Positions 26,665-36,844 of a stretch of DNA of 64,000 nt are shown in pieces. The DNA lies in NCBI GenBank assembly GCA_965200245.1, contig CBDATS010000002.1, positions 96,001 through 160,000 on the forward strand, in the 5' to 3' direction. Both the position numbers and the translations under genes were made by a program. The notes under the pieces are model-generated. The model searched no databases, was not told the DNA's origin, and saw nothing but the letters and a program-made list of their open reading frames with translations. The DNA is from a bacterium. Lineage in GTDB: Bacteria; UBA8248. Within the stretch, counting starts at the first letter, position 1; each line of letters begins with the position of its first letter.

Positions 26665-27624
26665 CTAACGAAAATGCTGTTCCAGACTATAATACCTCTC
26701 CCAGCCGTCGGGAATGACGACCACCACATTTTCCTCAGGACTCATCCGACGCGCAATCTGCAGGGCAGTGGAAACCGCTGCGCCCGCCGAAATGCCGACA
26801 GCCATGCCCTCCTCGCGGCCCAGGGCCTTGCACATGTCGTATGCGTCTGAATCGTTTACCGGCACGACCTCATCGATGATCGCGCGGTTCAGTACCGCAG
26901 GGACGAAACCCGCACCGATACCCTGAATCTGGTGCGGTCCCGGCTCGCCGCCCGAGAGAACTGCGGACGCGGCGGGCTCGACGCCGACGATCAGGGTTTC
27001 CGGTTTCTTTTCTTTCAGGACCTCTCCCACGCCCGTAATAGTGCCTCCCGTCCCCACACCCGCCACGAAGGCGTCCACCGGCTCCGCGCCCATGTCGCGC
27101 AATATCTCGCGCGCCGTGGTTCTGCGGTGAATCTCCGGGTTGGCCAGATTGTTGAACTGCTGCGGCATGAAATAGTCCGGGTTCTCCTCCAGAATGGTTT
27201 CGGCCATCACGAGGGAGCCGTACATTCCGCCCTCGCTTGAACTGAATACCACCTCAGCCCCATAGCCCGTGAGCAGGGAATTCCGCTCATGACTCATGCT
27301 ATTGCTAAGCACAATGATCGTCCTGTAGCCGCGAATCGCACCGATGAGTGCCAGGCCTATCCCCGTATTGCCGCTCGTGGGTTCGATGATCGTCCCGCCG
27401 GGTTTCAGGAGGCCGCGCCGCTCTCCGTCGAGCACCATGCTGAGCGCAATGCGATCCTTCACACTGCCGCCGGGGTTGTATTGCTCAAGTTTCGCGAACA
27501 CGCGCGCACCAGATGTGTCGGGCAAACGCTGCAACTGGACGAGGCTCGTGCTCCCGATGCGATCGATGAGCGAGGGAAGTGCCCTCAGAATCTGGGGCGG
27601 ACGGCCCCGCGTACCCAATGCCAT
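26665..27624 (-). CDS. cysK: Cysteine synthase A
   Basis: NPGGSVKDR, IEPTSGNTG, PQQFNNLANP, GVGTGGT, GPHQIQGIGAGF. Confidence 0.9.
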   Translation of the reverse strand: MALGTRGRPPQILRALPSLIDRIGSTSLVQLQRLPDTSGARVFAKLEQYNPGGSVKDRIALSMVLDGERRGLLKPGGTIIEPTSGNTGIGLALIGAIRGYRTIIVLSNSMSHERNSLLTGYGAEVVFSSSEGGMYGSLVMAETILEENPDYFMPQQFNNLANPEIHRRTTAREILRDMGAEPVDAFVAGVGTGGTITGVGEVLKEKKPETLIVGVEPAASAVLSGGEPGPHQIQGIGAGFVPAVLNRAIIDEVVPVNDSDAYDMCKALGREEGMAVGISAGAAVSTALQIARRMSPEENVVVVIPDGWERYYSLEQHFR

Positions 27625-27677
27625 AAGTATGTCCTTCTGAATATTTTCACATAGACCCAGACGAGCCCGAGACTATA

Positions 27678-27702
27678 ATTCCCAAACAAAACTGTCAAGA
27701 AT
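27678..27702 (-). promoter_or_regulatory. Candidate Rrf2/IscR-type operator overlapping -35 of cysK operon promoter
   Basis: Minus strand ATTCTTGACAGTTTTGTTTGGGAAT, a 25-bp imperfect palindrome containing TTGACA; TAGTCT lies 17 nt downstream. Confidence 0.6.
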
Positions 27703-27829
27703 TACCACTTAAAGGGTTTTTTCGTTTTTTCTTGCCCTCGTCATATTTCCGACATACTCCCAATATATCCTTGGTGTGTTACATTCTCATATCGCACCGT
27801 CTAATGATACGAGGCGAGAGGAGAAAGAC

Positions 27830-28651
27830 ATGGAGAAACCCGGGAGCGCTCCACCCATCGCACTCACGATAGCGGGCTCGGACTCCGGCGGCGGAGCCGG
27901 GATTCAGGCCGATCTCAAGACCTTCAGCGCGTTCGGCGTATACGGTGCCTCGATCATCACTGCACTTACTGCGCAAAACAGCGTCGGCGTTCAGGGGGTA
28001 CACGCCGTTCCTCCCGATTTCATCGGGATGCAATTCGATTCGGTATGTACGGATTTCGAAGTCGCGAGCGCGAAAATCGGCATGCTCGCCACGGTCGAGG
28101 TTATCGAGGTAGTGGCCGGAAAACTCGAGGAACACGCTTTGGCGCGCGTCGTACTCGACCCGGTAATGGTCGCCAAAAGCGGCGACCGCCTCCTGGCACC
28201 CGATGCGAGAGGCGCGCTCGTTGCTCGCCTCTTTCCGCTGGCTGAGGTCATCACCCCCAACACAGAAGAAGCGTGCGACATTCTGGAGATCGGGAAAATA
28301 GAAAACCTCGAACAGATGAAGAAGGCTGCCCGTGCCCTCCACGAGCAAGGGGCGAAATGCGTGTTGCTAAAGGGAGGCCACATCACCGACGGGGCGGTGG
28401 ACATCCTGTTCGACGGAGAAAACGAGATCGCGCTCGCAGGCAGGCGCATCGACACTCCGCACACCCACGGAACCGGATGCACACTATCCTCCGCCATTGC
28501 GGCGGGGCTGGCGATGGGAGATTCCACCATCGAGGCCGTGAGACGAGCGAAAGATTTTATTCAGGGCGCCATCGAGAACGCGCTCGCTATCGGGAACGGC
28601 AGGGGCCCACTCAATCACATGTACCGCCAAAACGAAAGGAAATTCCGATAA
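27830..28651 (+). CDS. thiD: Hydroxymethylpyrimidine/phosphomethylpyrimidine kinase
   Basis: ALTIAGSDSGGGAGIQADLKTF, LDPVMVAKSG, KGGH, HTHGTGCTLSSAIAA. Confidence 0.95.
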   Translation: MEKPGSAPPIALTIAGSDSGGGAGIQADLKTFSAFGVYGASIITALTAQNSVGVQGVHAVPPDFIGMQFDSVCTDFEVASAKIGMLATVEVIEVVAGKLEEHALARVVLDPVMVAKSGDRLLAPDARGALVARLFPLAEVITPNTEEACDILEIGKIENLEQMKKAARALHEQGAKCVLLKGGHITDGAVDILFDGENEIALAGRRIDTPHTHGTGCTLSSAIAAGLAMGDSTIEAVRRAKDFIQGAIENALAIGNGRGPLNHMYRQNERKFR

Positions 28652-28718
28652 GCCTCGGACTCTGGCCCATCCGGAAGTTTGAGATTTCAGGGACGATCAA
28701 CAATCAGGAGGAATTGCA

Positions 28719-29123
28719 ATGAGTAATGACAAAACATTGCGAGTGCGGGAGAACGAAGCCCTGAGCGGGGAATTGCCAGTGCCCGGCGGGAGGAGCAAGT
28801 TCCGCATTCTGCTGGATGAGGAAACGGTGGGCGCCAGGCATTTCGCCCTGCTCATCAACGAATTTGACCCCGGCCTCACTTCCACCGCCCACAAACACGA
28901 CAATGAAGAGCACGCCTTCTATGTAATCAGCGGGACGGGTGTGATCGACATCGAGGGCGAGAGGATTCCGGTCGAGCCGGGCGACGCCGTCTTCGTGCCT
29001 CCTGGAAAGATGCACCAAATCACGAGCACAGGTGACACGCTGTTCAAATATATGGTTTTATATTCGCCTCCGGGTCCCAATGTGGCACTCCGGGAAAAAG
29101 GGGCCTATGGACTCGCCGAGTGA
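28719..29123 (+). CDS. Cupin domain protein
   Basis: AHKHDNEEHAFYVISG and PPGKMHQI motifs; AGGAGG RBS. Confidence 0.88.
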   Translation: MSNDKTLRVRENEALSGELPVPGGRSKFRILLDEETVGARHFALLINEFDPGLTSTAHKHDNEEHAFYVISGTGVIDIEGERIPVEPGDAVFVPPGKMHQITSTGDTLFKYMVLYSPPGPNVALREKGAYGLAE

Positions 29124-29199
29124 TTCGGACCGATACGGGAAATCTTCCTCATAAAACCGGTATGACCAGAATAAACCAAAATCCTTTACGGGAACAAAA

Positions 29200-31749
29200 A
29201 TGACGACCGTTCTTTCGTTTCAGGTAGTGCCCAGCATTCCTCCCGAACTCGGAGGTCTCGAAGAAATCGCCAACAACATCGCCTTCGACTGGAACCATCG
29301 CGCGCGCGCGTTGTTCGCCAAGCTGGACGAGACCCTGTGGAAGGACTGTCACTACAACCCCGTAGCGATGCTCAAGTCCGTCTCGCAGGAGAGGCTCGAC
29401 GCAGCGGCGCGCGATGCGCATTACCTCCGCGATATGGAAAGCGTACTCAAGGAACTTCACGCATACCTTCACAAGCCATCCTGGTACCAGAACCTGCCCG
29501 AGAACGAAAAAGTAGAGGAACTTCGCATCGCCTACTTCAGCATGGAGTTCGGGTTGACCGAATCCGTGCCCAACTATTCGGGCGGGCTGGGTGTCCTGGC
29601 GGGCGATCACATGAAATCCGCGAGCGATTTGGGCTTGCCCCTCATCGGCGTGGGTCTCGCCTACGGCCAGGGGTATTTTCGCCAGCACCTGGGGCCCGAC
29701 GGCTGGCAACAAGAACGCTACCCGGACAACGATTTCCATCACACGCCGTTTAGTCTCGAACGCGACGACAATGGAGAGCCCATCACGGTGGGAGTCGACT
29801 ATCCCGACGGTCACCTTACGGCGCAAGTCTGGCACGTGCAGGTGGGGCGCAGCCCCATATACCTCCTGGACTCCAACGTGCCGGGCAACGCGCCATCACT
29901 TCGCGAAATTACTCTGGCTCTCTACGGCGGTGACATGGAGACGCGCATCCGTCAGGAAATATTGCTTGGCATCGGCGGCGTGAGGCTGCTCCACAAGCTG
30001 AATCTCCCTCCCGTCGTCTGTCACATGAACGAGGGGCATTCAGCCTTCCTGGCGCTCGAGAGAATCCGTTTTTCGATGGGCAAATTCGGCATTGACGCAG
30101 GCACTGCCCGTGAATTGACCTCCGCCGGCAACGTTTTCACAACGCACACGCCAGTCCCTGCGGGTATCGACATCTTCCCGCCCGATATGATGGAGAAATA
30201 CTTCCGCTCATACGCAACATCCCTCTCAATGGAGTGGGACGACTTCCTGGGTCTGGGCCGGATGAACCCCGAACAGGGGGATGAGCCTTTCAACATGGCT
30301 GTCCTCGCGCTGCGCCTGTCCTCGGCGGCGAACGGCGTCAGCAAACTCCATGGCGATGTGTCGCGAAAAATGTGGCGTTCCATGTGGCCCGAAGCCCCCG
30401 AGCACGACGTTCCCATCGATTCCATCACGAACGGCGTCCATTTCCCCTCTTGGGTATCGCCCGATATGAAATGGTTGTTCGACAGGCATCTAGGTGGCGT
30501 CTGGATGGAGGAGACCGACAAGCCGGAGATATGGAAGAGGGTCGCCTCCATTCCCGAGAGCGAACTCTGGAGCGTTCGGGAGAAAAGCCGAGAGCAGCTC
30601 ATCACCTATTGCCGCGCGCATGCCCTCAAGCGGCCATTGGGAAGCGTTACGCGCCCTAACGTCACGATTCTTCCCAACCCCAGGGCACTGACGATCGGAT
30701 TCGCAAGACGCTTCGCCACCTACAAGCGCGCAACCCTTTTGCTCAAAAGACCGGAGCGCCTAGTCTCTCTCCTCACGAACCGGGACAAGCCTGTTCAGAT
30801 CATATTTTCAGGAAAAGCCCACCCTAAGGATATGGAGGGCAAGAGCTTCATCCGAGAACTACTTCATTTCGCCAGGAGGGAAAACGTTCGCGACAAGCTC
30901 GTGTTCGTGGAGGATTACGACATCAACGTCGCACGCCAACTCGTGCAGGGAGTGGATTTATGGCTCAACAACCCACGCCGTCCACAGGAGGCAAGCGGCA
31001 CGAGCGGCATGAAGGCCGCCGCCAATGGCGCCTTGAACCTGAGTATCATGGACGGCTGGTGGGCTGAGGGCTACGCGAGTCATCTGGGATGGGCAATCGG
31101 CGGCCTTGAGACGTACAACGACCCCGGCTACCAGGACGAGATGGAATGCGAAAGCCTCTTCAACACCCTGGAACAGGTCGTGGTTCCCCTTTTCTACGAA
31201 AGAGGCGAGGACGGCGTTCCATACCGTTGGGTAGAGATGATCAAGAACTCGCTGCAAACACTTTGCCCCTACTTCAATACGAACCGGATGGTGCGCGAAT
31301 ACGCCGAAAAATTCTATCTGCCCCTCGGAGCGCACCATGCGCGCCTCATGGCGGACGAAAGGGCACCCGCAAGATCGCTCTCCGAATGGAAAGAGCGTGT
31401 ACGCAACGCATGGCCCGGGGTGGAGATCACACAGATATCGATGCCGCAAAACGGTGTCGTCCATTTGGGAGCCAGGATGAGGGTCGAGGCGGAGGTGTCA
31501 CTCGGAGAACTCTCTCCCGAAGAGGTTCGTCTCGAGATATACGAGGGCGCCCTGAAAGACGAGAATCTGCTGTCAGGTGTAGTCGTCTCCCCCATGTTCT
31601 TCCTCGAGGACCGCGGTGGCGGCACGTATCGCTTCCACGGTGAGATCGAATGCCGAAGACCAGGCGTGCACGGCGTGTCGGTGCGCGCCGTGCCCCAACA
31701 CCCACACCTCGTTCATCCCCTGAGCCTGCATCTTTTGACCTGGGGCTAA
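29200..31749 (+). CDS. glgP: Alpha-glucan (glycogen) phosphorylase
   Basis: YFSMEFGL, YSGGLGVLAGDH, HMNEGH, ARRFATYKR, EASGTSGMKAAANG. Confidence 0.95.
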   Translation: MTTVLSFQVVPSIPPELGGLEEIANNIAFDWNHRARALFAKLDETLWKDCHYNPVAMLKSVSQERLDAAARDAHYLRDMESVLKELHAYLHKPSWYQNLPENEKVEELRIAYFSMEFGLTESVPNYSGGLGVLAGDHMKSASDLGLPLIGVGLAYGQGYFRQHLGPDGWQQERYPDNDFHHTPFSLERDDNGEPITVGVDYPDGHLTAQVWHVQVGRSPIYLLDSNVPGNAPSLREITLALYGGDMETRIRQEILLGIGGVRLLHKLNLPPVVCHMNEGHSAFLALERIRFSMGKFGIDAGTARELTSAGNVFTTHTPVPAGIDIFPPDMMEKYFRSYATSLSMEWDDFLGLGRMNPEQGDEPFNMAVLALRLSSAANGVSKLHGDVSRKMWRSMWPEAPEHDVPIDSITNGVHFPSWVSPDMKWLFDRHLGGVWMEETDKPEIWKRVASIPESELWSVREKSREQLITYCRAHALKRPLGSVTRPNVTILPNPRALTIGFARRFATYKRATLLLKRPERLVSLLTNRDKPVQIIFSGKAHPKDMEGKSFIRELLHFARRENVRDKLVFVEDYDINVARQLVQGVDLWLNNPRRPQEASGTSGMKAAANGALNLSIMDGWWAEGYASHLGWAIGGLETYNDPGYQDEMECESLFNTLEQVVVPLFYERGEDGVPYRWVEMIKNSLQTLCPYFNTNRMVREYAEKFYLPLGAHHARLMADERAPARSLSEWKERVRNAWPGVEITQISMPQNGVVHLGARMRVEAEVSLGELSPEEVRLEIYEGALKDENLLSGVVVSPMFFLEDRGGGTYRFHGEIECRRPGVHGVSVRAVPQHPHLVHPLSLHLLTWG

Positions 31750-31846
31750 GGTCTGCACGCGCCAGGGCGCGTTTCGCGTTTCTCCCCACTCCTGATAAGC
31801 TGTCCCGGACAAACGACAGGGAAGCAGGCACTAGGGAGAGTCATTC

Positions 31847-32161
31847 ATGAACGAGAACAAGCCATACATTGTTGAAATCGGCCAAGGGGGGAGAATCCAT
31901 CTGCCCAAAGACATAATGAAATCCCTGGATGCGGTACCGGGCAATCAAATTTGCTTCGAGATCAAGGGAGATTCCGTGCAAATCAAGCGGCATCAGGTGA
32001 AAGATCCGTTCGCCGAAGCCGCGAAAAAAAAGATTCCCGATATTCAGGATTTGATGAGTCAGCAAGCAACCAGAAAAAAGGAGGCCGCCGACCTGTTCAA
32101 TAAAAGGATGCAGGAAAAACACGAAATCAGGCCCGAAGATCGGGAAGATTTCTGGCGCTAA
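31847..32161 (+). CDS. AbrB/MazE/SpoVT-family DNA-binding domain protein
   Basis: IGQGGRIHLPKDIMKSL...PGNQICFEI swapped-hairpin signature. Confidence 0.75.
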   Translation: MNENKPYIVEIGQGGRIHLPKDIMKSLDAVPGNQICFEIKGDSVQIKRHQVKDPFAEAAKKKIPDIQDLMSQQATRKKEAADLFNKRMQEKHEIRPEDREDFWR

Positions 32162-32198
32162 CAAAGAAAAGCATGGAAGTGACGCGCTACGAAATTCC

Positions 32199-34097
32199 CT
32201 AGAGGCTGAATCCCTCTTCGAAGCGGATATTGGCTGCTGCCCTGAGTTTCTCCATATACCGGTTGAACATCATCCCTTTTTTCACAAGAAGCAGGGTCCG
32301 GTGAAAATCCGCTTTTTCGGCATCAAACTTCTTCATGTCCGTGCGAGGCACCTCCAGCACCTCGAAGAGAATAACGTCACCTCCTGATCGGGCGGTTCCG
32401 AAACCACCCTTCTCAAGGGAGAAAGCGAGGCTCGCCAAATCCGGAGATGGCCCCAGTTCATCGGGCACGTCTGCCCGCTTGAAGGCTTCGGGCCTGAGCA
32501 CCTCGAGCTTGAACTCATCGGCGATGGCTGCGAGGTTGCGTTTCCTGTCCTTCAGTTCCCTAAGCAAAAGTCCGGCTTTCCGCTTTGCAACCTCACTCCC
32601 CTTGAGACGAAGGAACGAATTCTCCACCTCTTCACGTACATCCTCGAATTTCGGGACATATGGTTCCCGCTTTGATTCGAGGCGCACGAAGCTAACGCCC
32701 CCGCCTCCTTCTCCTTCTTGGGATATCTTCTCCTTGCCGCTCAATGAGAAGGCGAGCTGGCTCACTACGTCGGATGCAGGAACAGTCTTCGGGAGCCCTC
32801 CACTTTCGAAGAAGCCCGTTTCTCCTTTTTGCAGCCCTTTGAGCGCAGGCTCCGCTTTCTTGTCCTCTACCGCGTAGCGGACTTTTCTTAACACGCTTTT
32901 CGCCCGATCCTTGGCGCGCAAGTCTCGCAAATCCGCTTTCACCTGCTTTCGGACCTCCTCAAAGGACTTCTCGCCGGGCAACACCTTGTCGCGCACCCAA
33001 AGCAGATGCATACCGAAAGAGGTCTTGATGGGCTTGCTCACTTCTCCCTTTTTCAGGGCGAAAGTCGCCTTCTCGAGTTCGGGCAGTAGCTGTCCCCTGC
33101 CGAAAACCCCGAGGTCACCGCCTCGCTTCGCCGCCGGCCCCTGGGAATACGCTTCGGCCAGTTCAGTGAATTTCTCGCCTTTGACGAAGCGGTCGCGCAG
33201 TTCTTCGAGTTGTTTCCTGCTCGCTTCAACGAGTTCCTGTTTCGGGTTGGCGGGCATTTTCAGGAGAATCTGATTCACGTGCACACTCTCCTGACGCGCA
33301 TACTTTTCACGAGTTTGCATGTAGTGCGATCTCAAGTCCGCATCGCCGAGCTCGATCTCATTCGCTACGGCGGAAAACGGGAGATGCCACCAAGATACCT
33401 TCCTTTGGGGACCCGTCTTGAACTGCTCCTTGTTCTTTTCGTAATAAGACTTGAGGTCAGCTTGGGATTTTTCCACCTCACCGGCGAAAATCTCTGGTTT
33501 CAGTCGAACGGCGGCCAACTTGATCTCCGCGTTTTGCCACTCATAGGCGGCGCGCGCTTCCTGCTCACTCACCAGTACGCCCATATCCACGTAGTCACGA
33601 AGCTGGCCCAGCAAAAGAACCCTCCTTTGGTCCTCCTCGAACTGTCGGGGGGTAATACCGCTCGCCTCCAGCATACTGCGATAGCGCTGGGCGTCGAATT
33701 TCCCGTTCCTCTGAAAGGGTTCGAGCGACTGTATCTGGAGAGCAACTTGAGCGTCAGTTACTTCGAGCCCGAGTTGACGGGCCTCGCGCATTTGGAGTTT
33801 CTCCAATATGAGTGCGTCGAGTATCTGGCGCCTCAGGCCAAGCCTGCGTGCGAGTTCCTCGTTATAGGCAGCGCCTAACTGTCGCCTGAGACTTTCGGCC
33901 TGTTGATAATAGCGTTGTTCGAATTCAAGCACTGAAATGGGAGCATCGCCCACCCACGCCGCGACGCGGCCGCCCCTGGGGTCTGCCTGCTTGTCCGTGA
34001 ACGCAAAGCCGCCGAAAGACACAAAAGTGAGCGCCACGAAGCCAAGCAGTGCTTTCAGGACCCAGCTTTTCCCTTTCGCCCGCAAAAAGCGAAGCAT
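32199..34097 (-). CDS. ppiD: PpiD-like chaperone/peptidyl-prolyl isomerase (SurA N-terminal and parvulin domains)
   Basis: N-terminal TM anchor, FQRNGKFDAQRY, YSQGPAAKRGGDLG, PIKTSFGMHL; divergent from mreB. Confidence 0.85.
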   Translation of the reverse strand: MLRFLRAKGKSWVLKALLGFVALTFVSFGGFAFTDKQADPRGGRVAAWVGDAPISVLEFEQRYYQQAESLRRQLGAAYNEELARRLGLRRQILDALILEKLQMREARQLGLEVTDAQVALQIQSLEPFQRNGKFDAQRYRSMLEASGITPRQFEEDQRRVLLLGQLRDYVDMGVLVSEQEARAAYEWQNAEIKLAAVRLKPEIFAGEVEKSQADLKSYYEKNKEQFKTGPQRKVSWWHLPFSAVANEIELGDADLRSHYMQTREKYARQESVHVNQILLKMPANPKQELVEASRKQLEELRDRFVKGEKFTELAEAYSQGPAAKRGGDLGVFGRGQLLPELEKATFALKKGEVSKPIKTSFGMHLLWVRDKVLPGEKSFEEVRKQVKADLRDLRAKDRAKSVLRKVRYAVEDKKAEPALKGLQKGETGFFESGGLPKTVPASDVVSQLAFSLSGKEKISQEGEGGGGVSFVRLESKREPYVPKFEDVREEVENSFLRLKGSEVAKRKAGLLLRELKDRKRNLAAIADEFKLEVLRPEAFKRADVPDELGPSPDLASLAFSLEKGGFGTARSGGDVILFEVLEVPRTDMKKFDAEKADFHRTLLLVKKGMMFNRYMEKLRAAANIRFEEGFSL

Positions 34098-34336
34098 CAA
34101 TGTTGCACTCCTTCCGAATCGACACCCTTGTGGACGCGCGCAATTTCAGCAATAAACACAATAGAAAATAGCTCAGTCCTCGTATCATCGCAAACCGGTG
34201 AGGGCGAATTTCATTGGCCAGCTATCGCTGTATGAAATCTTTTTCGTATCCACACGCGTTTAGCGTTGAAATTGGTGTATCCCTTGATTATTCTCGTTCG
34301 GAGTGTAATTATAGGTGTGATAATGCCAATGGATGA

Positions 34337-35395
<1,059 letters not shown>

Positions 35396-35476
35396 TCAAC
35401 TTGCTGTAACAGAGCACCGCCCACCGCCCCCAATAATCGCGCTTTCGCGCTTTTCCGAAAATATACCCAAGCTACC

Positions 35477-36310
35477 ATGTTCCAGTTTTTCGCCGAACGC
35501 AGAAGCCTGGCCCTCCTCTTGGGGTTGCTTGTCATATGCTTCACGCTCATGACGCTGAGCGCGCGCCTTCGAGGACAATCCACCTGGCTGGAAAGAGAAC
35601 TTCTCTCCCTGGTCGGTTCGGCTATCCAGATCGCCGACGGCCCCAGAAAATGGTCGGTCGAACTCTGGCAGAAATACCAACTACTCAAGAACGCGGACGA
35701 AGAAAACACATTGCTGAAGAAAAAACTGGGATCACTCACTACGCATCATGCGCAGGTCCAGGAATTGAAATCGCAAATCGCGCGCTTGGAGCAACTCCTC
35801 GGCGCATCGAAGAATCTGGAGGCACCCGCTCGCCTCGCGCGGGTCGTGGCTCGCAACAGGAGCATCTATGGAGAATCGTTGCTGGTGGACCTGGGTTCGC
35901 AAGACGGCGTTCGCAAAAATATGCCGGTCATGCACCAGGCAGGTCTCGTGGGCAGAATCTCCCGCGTGGGAAACAACGTGAGCCAGGTCCTGACCCTGCT
36001 CGACTCAAGAAGCGCCGTGAACGTCATTGCCCAACGCTCCCGCGCGCAGGGAGTCTTCGCCATATCCTCCATAGGCAAGAGCGAAGTGCGCTACATGCAG
36101 TTCCATCCCGAAATGAAGCGTGGGGACCTGCTTATTTCCGCCGGATTGGGCGGTATTTTCCCGAAAGGTCTTCCCGTGGCCCACATTACGGAAATCTCGG
36201 ACACAAGGGGGTTGTTCCCGAAAATAAAGTCCAAGGCGATAGTGGATTTCTCAAACCTTGAAGAGGTCCTAGTACTCATGACGAAACCCAAGGATAAGCC
36301 CTGGAAATGA
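35477..36310 (+). CDS. mreC: Rod shape-determining protein MreC
   Basis: TM helix, coiled coil, GLVGRI, SAGLGGIFPKGLPV; follows mreB. Confidence 0.95.
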   Translation: MFQFFAERRSLALLLGLLVICFTLMTLSARLRGQSTWLERELLSLVGSAIQIADGPRKWSVELWQKYQLLKNADEENTLLKKKLGSLTTHHAQVQELKSQIARLEQLLGASKNLEAPARLARVVARNRSIYGESLLVDLGSQDGVRKNMPVMHQAGLVGRISRVGNNVSQVLTLLDSRSAVNVIAQRSRAQGVFAISSIGKSEVRYMQFHPEMKRGDLLISAGLGGIFPKGLPVAHITEISDTRGLFPKIKSKAIVDFSNLEEVLVLMTKPKDKPWK

Positions 36311-36843
36311 TTGTTTTATCGTACATTATAATCGCAGCCATTACAATTGTTCTGCAAACTTCCATGGGGGACTATTTCTCCATCTGGTTCGGAGCGAGAC
36401 CGGACGCCATTCTCCTGACAACGGTCTTCCTCGGCCTGTACCGCGACAGAGAAACAGGGCTTATCGCAGGTTTTTTCCTCGGAATTTTCGAGGACATACT
36501 CTCTGGAGGCCTGCTGGGTTTCAATGCGCTCCTCAAAGGTCTGACTGGTTATTACACAGGCAGATTAAACACAGGCGGGTTAAATCCCAATATGTCGGCG
36601 CGCTTCTTGATGCTCAATTGCTCGGTAGTGTTTTTCGCCTCGATATTCAACATTTTGTTTTCCATCTTTCTGGTTCAGATATTCGCCCCCGCTCAATTTT
36701 TACCCTTCGCCTATTGGGCTGACGCCTTGAAGACAGCGGGACTGAACGTCATTTTTGCGCCGTTCGTCATCAGCCTTCTGAGAAAAGTGGAAGAAAAAGT
36801 GCTACCATCCGAAGTGGACACGCCCTATTCGGAGCGATCCTGA
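36307..36843 (+). CDS. mreD: Rod shape-determining protein MreD
   Basis: Hydrophobic, RPD and GFFLGIFEDILSGGLLG; ATGA overlap with mreC. Confidence 0.88.
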   Translation: MIVLSYIIIAAITIVLQTSMGDYFSIWFGARPDAILLTTVFLGLYRDRETGLIAGFFLGIFEDILSGGLLGFNALLKGLTGYYTGRLNTGGLNPNMSARFLMLNCSVVFFASIFNILFSIFLVQIFAPAQFLPFAYWADALKTAGLNVIFAPFVISLLRKVEEKVLPSEVDTPYSERS

Positions 36844-36844
36844 A

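Noticed and set aside
22947-27624. Ubl-E1-JAB genes as an anti-phage ubiquitin-like conjugation system
   Set aside because: No E2-like gene, and embedding among cysteine synthases points to sulfur transfer.
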